Source: the human T2T-CHM13v2.0 reference genome, Homo sapiens. Taken from it: a DNA stretch of 64,000 nucleotides. The notes under the pieces were generated by a model, which was not told where the DNA came from, searched no databases, and saw only the letters and a list, made by a program, of their open reading frames with translations. A program made the translations under genes and the position numbers. The stretch lies in NCBI RefSeq assembly GCF_009914755.1, contig NC_060926.1, one strand, 5' to 3'. How positions within the stretch are numbered: position 1 is the stretch's first letter; every line of letters begins with the position of its first letter. Of the stretch, positions 56,254-64,000 are shown in pieces.

Positions 56254-57540
56254 AGGGCCCTGGTTGTAAATGCACTTCCCTCTCAGGTGTGCAGAGCCCT
56301 GGTTGTAAATGCGCTTCCTTCTGGGGTGTGCAGAGCCCTGGTTGTAACTGTGCTTCCCTCTGGGGTGTGCAGAGCCCTGGCTGTGAACGTGCTTCCCTCT
56401 GGGGTGTGCAGAGCCCTGGTTGTAAATGCGCTTCCCTCTCAGGTGTGCAGAGCCCTGGTTATAAACGTGCTTCCCTCTGGGGTGTGCAGAGCCCTGGTTG
56501 TAAACGTGCTTCTCTCTGGGGTGTGCAGAGCCCTGGTTGTAAATGTGCTTCCCTCTGGGGTGTGCAGAGCCCTGGTTGTAAATGCGCTTCCCTCTGGGGT
56601 GTGCAGAGCCCTGGTTGTAAATGTGCTTCCCTCTGGGGTGTGCAGAGCCCTGGCTGTGAACGTGCTTCCCTCTGGGGTGTGCAGAGCCCTGGCTGTGAAC
56701 GTGCTTCCCTCTGGGGTGTGCAGAGCCCTGGTTGTAAACGTGCTTCCCTCTGGGGTGTGCAGAGCCCTGGTTGTAAATGTGCTTCCCTCTGGGGTGTGCA
56801 GAGCCCTGGTTGTAAATGCGCTTCCCTCTGGGGTGTGCAGAGCCCTGGTTGTAAATGTGCTTCTCTCTCAGGTGTGCAGAGCCCTGGTTGTAAATGTGCT
56901 TCCCTCTGGGGTGTGCAGAGCCCTGGTTGTGAACGTGCTTCCCTCTGGGGTGTGCAGAGCCCTGGTTGTAAATGTGCTTCCCTCTGGGGTGTGCAGAGCC
57001 CTGGTTGTAAATGCGCTTCCCTCTGGGGTGTGCAGAGCCCTGGTTGTAAATGTGCTTCTCTCTCAGGTGTGCAGAGCCCTGGTTGTAAATGCGCTTCCCT
57101 CTGGGGTGTGCAGAGCCCTGGTTGTAAATGTGCTTCTCTCTCAGGTGTGCAGAGCCCTGGTTGTAAATGTGCTTCCCTCTGGGGTGTGCAGAGCCCTGGT
57201 TGTGAACGTGCTTCCCTCTGGGGTGTGCAGAGCCCTGGTTGTAAACGTGCTTCCCTCTGGGGTGTGCAGAGCCCTGGTTGTAAATGTGCTTCCCTCTGGG
57301 GTGTGCAGAGCCCTGGTTGTAAATGCACTTCCCTCTGGGGTGTGCAGAGCCCTGGTTGTAAATGCACTACCCTCTCGGGTGTGCAGAACCCTGGTTGTAA
57401 CTGTGCTTCCCTTAGGGGTGTGCAGAGCCCTGGTTGTAAATGCACTTCCCTCTGGGGTGTGCAGAACCCTGGTTGTAAACGTGCTTCCCTCTGGGGTGTG
57501 CAGAGCCCTGGCTGTAAACGCGCTTCCCTCTCAGGTGTGC
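56254..57540. repeat. 39-bp minisatellite/VNTR, 33 copies (cagagccctggttgtaaatgtgcttccctctggggtgtg)
   Basis: 33 x 39 = 1287 bp, counted from the 13-aa periodic ORFs; substitutions but no indels. Confidence 0.98.
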
Positions 57541-58953
57541 ACCTGCTCTCCCCGTGCGGCTCATCAGCTCTGCTGCACAGGCACAGAAATGTGTTCTGCA
57601 GCTACAACCTGCCCCACCACGTCCCTTCCTTCACAGCAGGACAAGTCCCCACCCCCCCCAACCGCTCCTCTGTCAGTCCTGTTCTGACAGGCAGGACAAG
57701 CTTGAGGACAAACATTCTGCTCTAGGACCTCAACATCCTCTCAGTTTGGCTTGAAAGAAACCCACAGTTTTCTGCTGAAAATGAATGGAGAACTGGGCCA
57801 CGAGTTTTAATTACCGCCTCTGGCCGTTCCCGGGTTTATTCAAGTTTGCTTACCGTGAGAAAAACCGTTTCAGCACTCGGGCCCCCACGAGGCTATTTGT
57901 TCATCTCTGTTTGGCTGTGCCTTTGTGGCCTAGGCTCCCCCTGAAAGGTGGCTCCGAGCCCCTCTGGACAAGCAGGGCCTCGCGACAGAGCTGGGATGGG
58001 ACTTACCCTGGGCCCATGAATAATTGCTGTACACCTAACAATCTCTTCAAAGCACCCCTGTGATAGCGAAGTTCAGGTATTTTTGCAACAATTTGTGCTT
58101 TGTGCGAAATTGTGACAGATAAAAGCCATGGTGAATACAGCGTTATGTACTCCTATTTTTATATTTCTTAAAACATCATTAAGGCAGCAGGCATGATTTT
58201 AAACCAAGACAGTCATTCAGTGAGTGATGGAAAAATCGCTAGGGACACTCTACTGTGTCTGCCTCCCTGTCATTATGTACGAAGTGGCAAGTCAGGGCTA
58301 TAAAGCAGATTATGCGCCTTCAAAGGCAGAAGTGGGCACTGACTGAACTGGATCCTTGCGCTGGCCCAACGCCTGGGCCGGCTGCATTCCCAGGCCCCAA
58401 CACACACGGACATTCAGAGAGAAAAGAGTGCCAGCCAAGCACCATTTGGTAGGTATTTTGCAGACCCAGAGTCACAGAATTTAGGAACTCAGAATCCCAA
58501 ATTAATTAATCGTGATCCCTGAGCCAGTGTGGTGTGATAACTGCAGTGAATGAGTTGGCAGACATGTGCCAGGCATCAGCCACCTATGTTGTGCCCAGCA
58601 TCACACATGGTCAGAGCCAGCACACACCTGGCGCTGCCTCCTCCTGGAGGCCTTAGCACATGTGGAATAAACTGCTCATCTCATCTGAACCCTATGAAGC
58701 AGATAACAATGAACCATTGTTATCATCCCTGTTTGCAGACAAGGAAACTGAGGCTTGCAGACATTAATTGATGGCCCTGGTCATACAGGTCCAGTGTGGC
58801 AGAAGCAGGACTGGAGGCCAGGCTGGGGGCTACAATCTGTGCTGGCAGCTGAGGCAGCCTATGCGGGTTCCCTCATCTACTCTCACCACGAGCGTGAGGG
58901 GCCAGCCCTAGGACCTCTGCTTCGGAGCTGAGAACTGAGACGAGTAGGTGGTT

Positions 58954-59438
58954 ATGTTACAGTGGGGAGCTAGTCGGGCATGAGCAGGGCAGGAGAGGGC
59001 TCCTTCCAATACATACACACACCAAGAATGTCAGGTGACCATCCCATGATGGGCAGGTGGTTGTTTTCTGTATTTCTATAATAATCATTGGTCACAGCCA
59101 GCACTAGCGAAAGGCAGTCTCCCAATAAACAGAAACACCGGAAGTGGGTGATCAGCAGCTTCCCAATAAGATCTCAGAGGTTGGGCGAGTGGGCTCAACC
59201 ATGTGCATTAAGAGGCAAAACGGTGGAATTTAACTGGCCTATGACCTTCTAGGGACATTCGACTGGTAAGGGAGGAGCATCTCAAGTGAGCATGCGCACA
59301 ACTCCAGTGAACACACTGTGCATGCATGCTCCCTCCCAAGTGCTGGCAGGCCACTGTGCATGCGGACAGCCCACCCCAAGGGAAGAATCAGGAGAGAAGG
59401 GACGCAAGACCCCAGAAGCATGCTAACATAGAAAACCC
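58954..59438 (+). mobile_element. ERV1 LTR, MER50-like, 3'-truncated
   Basis: tgttacagtgggg...catgagcagggcaggagagggc...gatcagcagcttccc...cactgtgcatgcggacagcccaccccaaggg; subfamily from recall. Confidence 0.75.
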
Positions 59439-59584
59439 AGGCTGGAGTGCAGTGGCACGATCTTGGCTGACTGCAACCTAGAGCACGAGACCTCTCACCC
59501 TTCGTTCTGCTGAATGTGGGGGTGACCTGCATTTGTGAGCACTTTATTTTGGCCTTGCCACTAGGATTTTATTTTTTGGCATGA

Positions 59585-59844
59585 TCAGGGAACATTTTTA
59601 CACTGCTGGTGGGAATGTAAACTCATAGAGCTGCTATGGAAAACGGTGTGGAGATTCCTTAAAGTACTAAAAGTAGAACTACCATTTGATCCAGCAATCC
59701 CACTACTGTACCTACCCAGAGGAAAAGATACAAAAATGATACTTGCACATGCATGTTTATACTCTGCACATGCAGCACAATGCACAATTGCAAAATTGTG
59801 GCACCAAACCAAATGCCCATCAACGAGTGGATAAAAAAACTGTG

Positions 59845-59897
<53 letters not shown>

Positions 59898-60233
59898 AAT
59901 ACTACTCAGCCATAAAAAGAAATGAATTAACAGCATTTGCAATGACCTGGATGAGATTGGAGACTATTATTCTAAGTGAGGTAACTCAGGAATGGAAAAC
60001 CAAACATCGTACGTTCTCACTAGGACGCGAAGGCATAAGAATGATACAATGGACTTTGGGAACCTGTGGGGAAGAGTGGGAGGGGGGTGAGGGATGAAAG
60101 ACTACAAAAAGGGTGCAGTGTATACTGTTCAGGTGATGGATGCACCAAAATCTCACAAATCACCACTAAAGAACTTACTCATGTAACCAAATACCACCTG
60201 TACCCCCAATAACTTACGGCAAAAAAAAAAAAA
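59585..60233 (+). mobile_element. L1PB-like 3' end containing (TA)n (about 59846-59892)
   Basis: ORF 59646 ([19 protein letters not shown]) resembles the L1 ORF2 end; aaagaacttactcatgtaaccaaa terminus; poly-A. Confidence 0.9.
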
Positions 60234-61849
60234 TCAAAATCTCAAATCTCAAATCAATGAGTAGGTTATTAACTATAGCACCTGCCAGTGGACTCGAGGA
60301 GCTAGTCTATTTCAAAGCCTAGCCAAGAAGACTAGCTGATGAGGAGAAACACCAAGCCGGGCGCTTTGCCCCCGAGCTTTCATCAATGAAACAGACAAAA
60401 TGCTACAGGATAAAGGAACTCTCTCGTCTTCTCTCTTCATCTTTGATTTTTAAAAGAACGTTTAATAAAATCAGCTCTCTAGTAGATCACAGCAAAGTAT
60501 TAAGTGATTCTCCAGCTTAAACATTCTGTGCTTCTACAAAGAAAGCTTTTGCATAAAATGTAGATTCGAAGGGGTCTCTGAGCTGGCAATCCGGAGTTCT
60601 AGTCAGTGTGCAGGAGAAAGTTGCCACAGGAGGGAAATCCAGGAGAAAATGTAGGGTGGGCTCAAGGGCCTTTGGAAATGGAGCTCGACGCTGTACACTG
60701 AGCTGATCTATACTGATCCCGGCTGGGCACCATACCCTCTGCTAGAGCAGCAAGGGCAGGAAGAGGAATGGGATGGGTCCGGTCCGAACAGGGTCACTCC
60801 AACCGGGAAATGCACCCAGTCAGGGGCGACAGCACCACGTGGTGTTGACAAAAACACATGCTTGGAAGTTGGAGAAAAGAGACCCCTGTGTGCAGAGTCT
60901 CACAGTAGCAGGTAAGTGAGGAGGGGCGGAGCACAAGCCAGAGAGGGAAGCCTCTTTCTTCCCCTGACAATTCAGTGCTTCTCACTGGGATCACCAGGGG
61001 AGCTTTGGAAAGTACGACCTCCGGGTCTCAGCCCTGGAGATTCTGGTGTGACTGGGGTGTTGTCTGGCGTTAGCAGTTTTGAAAGCTCCCCAGATGATGC
61101 TGAAGAGCAGACATGGTCAGGAAGCCCCGCTCAGAAGCACAGATGTCTACTATGCACTGGCTTATGCACAGGTTCCCAAAGACCCTGCCCTGGTTTCTCT
61201 GCACTCTCTCAATACCACCTTGAGGGCTGATCTCAACCACTCTGGTAGCTTCAGCTGGCCTCTACGTGCTGACCACAACCAAATGCACATCCAGAGCTCC
61301 AGGCCAGAGTTTCCCATCCCCACATGGTGCCTGCCTACCGAAGCCTCAGAAGGCCACCTTCCCTCCCTCCATCCTGCCTCCTGCCCGTTCCCTGCGTGAC
61401 TCTGCTCCTACCCAAGCCAGAGGCCTGGGTATCCACCCTTGTCTCATTCCCGACACCTAACAACCCCACAGTCTATTCATGGCACTTCCTAATCCCTTTC
61501 AACTCCAAGTCTTCCATTCTCTCAGCTCCTTGGTGCAAGCCCCCGATTTCCTTCCAACATGGCCTGGGCACTGCTGCCAAGGGATGGAGCTGAAGAGTGA
61601 GGAGGGGGCAAGCTCCAAGGGGCCATTGTTCCCTTACAGCTATTTTGAGTTTAAGTCAAAAGCTTCCCTACTTCCAGCTCCAAAAGTAAATAAGAAAATG
61701 AGACGTTGTATGTAAAAGGTTTATACTTCGTAAAGATAATTTGTAATAACAAAGGCAAGATCTTATTTTTTTTCAGTACCTCTTAAGAATCTCAGTTTTA
61801 GAACTGAATCCAATGGAGAAACCATCTTCGCATCAACAACTATCTCTTC

Positions 61850-62263
61850 AGATTGGATAAAGAAAATGTGGTACATATACACCATGGAACACTATGCCGC
61901 CATAAAAAAGAATGAGACTATGTCTTTAGCAAGAACATGGATGGAGCTGGAGGCCATTATCCTTTCCTTAGCAAGTTAATGCAGGAAGAGAAAATCAAAT
62001 ACCACTTATTCTCACTTATAAGTGGCAGCGAAACAGTGAGAATGCATGGACACAAAGAAGGGAACAGCAGGCACTGGGGCCTCCTTGAGGGTGAAGGTTT
62101 GGAGGAGGAAAATGAGTGGAAAAAATCATTACTGGGTACCGGGCTTAATGCCTGGGCGATGAAATAATCTATACAACAAACCCCTGTGACACGAGTTTAC
62201 CTATGTAACAAACCTGCACACACACCCCTGAACCTAAAATAAAAGTTAAAAACAAAAACAAAA
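61850..62263 (+). mobile_element. L1PA 3' UTR fragment
   Basis: gattggataaagaaaatgtggtacatatacaccatgg...tttacctatgtaacaaacctgcaca...A-rich tail. Confidence 0.9.
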
Positions 62264-62879
62264 GCAACCGTCTCTTGTCTTAGCTGACTGCACTCGTGGC
62301 TGCTGTGGATCACTTCTCGTGATGTCCACGTGGCAAGCAATGGGTTTTCCATAGTGCCTATTGGGGCCTCTATTTTCTCAACCCAGATGGGAGTTGCAGA
62401 TGTGAATACCAAGTATTTCAGCGTTAACTTTTCTCTTTTTGCTCTTAACAAACTAAGCTGCGCAGCCTTGAAACAGGAGTCGCCCTAACTTGGAATGATT
62501 TTGAGACCCACAATCTTGTTTCCAGCATCAGATTCTAAATCAGTTGTTTTGAAAACGGCGGCTCCATTCTGTTGACTGTGAAGTTAGCGATTGTTCCTTT
62601 AACGTGTAGCTCCTTCAGAACTAATGGGGGAATTCCATGCTTCCTGAATTTTTAACACACACCTGTGAAGGAATTGCTCTCCCTAGTTCAGCAGCTTTGG
62701 GGGCACACAGGGTTGTACGGGGCACTCTGGAGTGATGTGGTTTGGAAGGGCTCAATTATTACCAAACAAGACAGAGAACGCTTCCCAAGAGTGTTCTCAG
62801 ATGAGGATAACGATACAACTGACTTCATTTGCAAAGTGCTCTGGCGTCCAGGACACCATTTGCATCCTCACCGGACACA

Positions 62880-63030
62880 TGCTCCATGTGTGCCAAGCAC
62901 AGCCAGCGGCTCTCCCCTTTCACAGATGAGGCTGCTGAGGCAGAGCCAGGTGAGGGATGAGTCATGTGCTGGCTCAGCAACTGGTAAGTGCTGGAGGTGG
63001 GAGCGGGACCTGGGTCTGCCCAGCACCCAC
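62880..63030 (-). mobile_element. MIR SINE fragment
   Basis: ccccttttcacagatgaggctgctgaggcagag core. Confidence 0.6.
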
Positions 63031-63479
63031 AAGCCCTTGCATGGACCAGGCGGCCGCCACACTGCCAGGGGAGATGGGATGCCTATTCCTTGACCTGTAC
63101 CGCTACCTGATCCGCTACCATCTTTCATCCCAGCAGGAAGAATGCTAAAACCATCACTGTCTTGCCCTCCAGAGCTCGGATCTCTGGCTTTCCTGACCTT
63201 CCCCTGGGGAAGCTGAGGGGCCTGCTGGTCACAGGACCCCTGGTGACCATGTTCAGGTCTGGCCAGAAAGAAGATGGGCATGGAAACTGGGGCAGTGTCA
63301 AGCGGAAGCTACTTCGTCCAGGAGGGATGAAAGGGACAGAGGCTGCTTCTCTTGGAGAAAAGAAGACTTGAGGCTGGTAAGTTTGCTGTTTTCAAACATG
63401 TGAAGGACTGCCATGGGGAAGAAAGGCAGGTTTTGCTATGTTTGGCCCTGAACGTAGAATGAAGGCTGTTCTTTCATTT

Positions 63480-63720
63480 CTTCCTTTATAAGACATTTAC
63501 AGAAGAGCTTGGTATGCCAGGCACTGTGCTAGGTGCCAGGGTCACAAAGAGTAATAATGCAGGGTCCCTGACCTCCAGGAGCCCACCTGTGGTAAGGGAG
63601 AGCAGACCTGAGGTTGAGGGTGCTCCAAGGAAATCAGGGTGTCAGTGAGGGGCACCAATGACAGAAAGTGGGAGAAGTGGGCGGGTGGGGGGAACCAGGA
63701 ACGGAGACCGCAGACAGTGG
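63480..63720 (-). mobile_element. L2 3'-end fragment
   Basis: atgccaggcactgtgctaggtgccaggg...gtccctgacctccaggagc. Confidence 0.65.
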
Positions 63721-64000
63721 TTAAAGCAGACAGGTCTTCCGAGATCTCCAGAAGATCAGATGGTCTGGAGAGGGGGAAGCACCCTTCCTGGGCCAGGAGC
63801 CAGGGCACAGGGTGAGGTATCCTCACCTGGGGCACATGGGGAGCACCTGGCACTTCTGGAAGGGGTCAGAAAAGTGCACGGCCATGCTACAGAGGTTGCT
63901 TGTATCCTGGAGGCTGTGGAAGTCCTGGAAAGGACTTTAATCAAGAATTTTGATCCTTTTTATGTTACAGAAAAATCCCTCTTGGGAGTGTGTAGAGGAG

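Noticed and set aside
56254-57540. CRISPR-like array
   Set aside because: Units are contiguous with no unique spacers, there are no cas genes, and the context is mammalian.
56194-57725. Long ORFs of 497, 478 and 328 aa with 13-aa repeats
   Set aside because: Artefact of a 39-bp unit (a multiple of 3) lacking stops in several frames on both strands. The 497- and 478-aa ORFs start at GTG and run antisense to the IQCA1 intron/exon.
57541-64000. Further IQCA1 exon (Walker A)
   Set aside because: I saw no minus-strand GxxGxGK-type exon with splice sites; it probably lies beyond the window.

Overview
Primate (almost certainly human) genomic DNA, rich in interspersed repeats (Alu, L1, L2, MIR, MaLR/ERV LTRs, hAT MERs). 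The only protein-coding gene I can support is the 3' end of IQCA1/DRC11 (IQ motif and AAA domain; nexin-dynein regulatory complex) on the minus strand. Four coding exons (56151-56237, 49798-49975, 42975-43213, 36316-36411) splice in frame to ...[17 protein letters not shown]...KAKDKGKRK*, followed by a 3' UTR with AATAAA signals near 35.8 kb. From recall this places the window at human 2q37 near ASB18/GBX2 (not checked). Positions 1-35.7 kb look intergenic. I found no CRISPR array, RNA gene or clearly new biological system. Best leads: (1) a 33 x 39-bp VNTR that supplies the likely branch point of the Walker-B exon; (2) a GC-AG intron; (3) a duplicated 110-bp exon-shaped cassette inside that intron; (4) an in-frame lysine-rich 10-codon remnant after the stop codon; (5) degenerate AAA catalytic motifs; (6) a possible distal terminal exon at about 18.3-19.0 kb. 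Repeat subfamily names come from recalled consensus sequences, and old-repeat boundaries are approximate.
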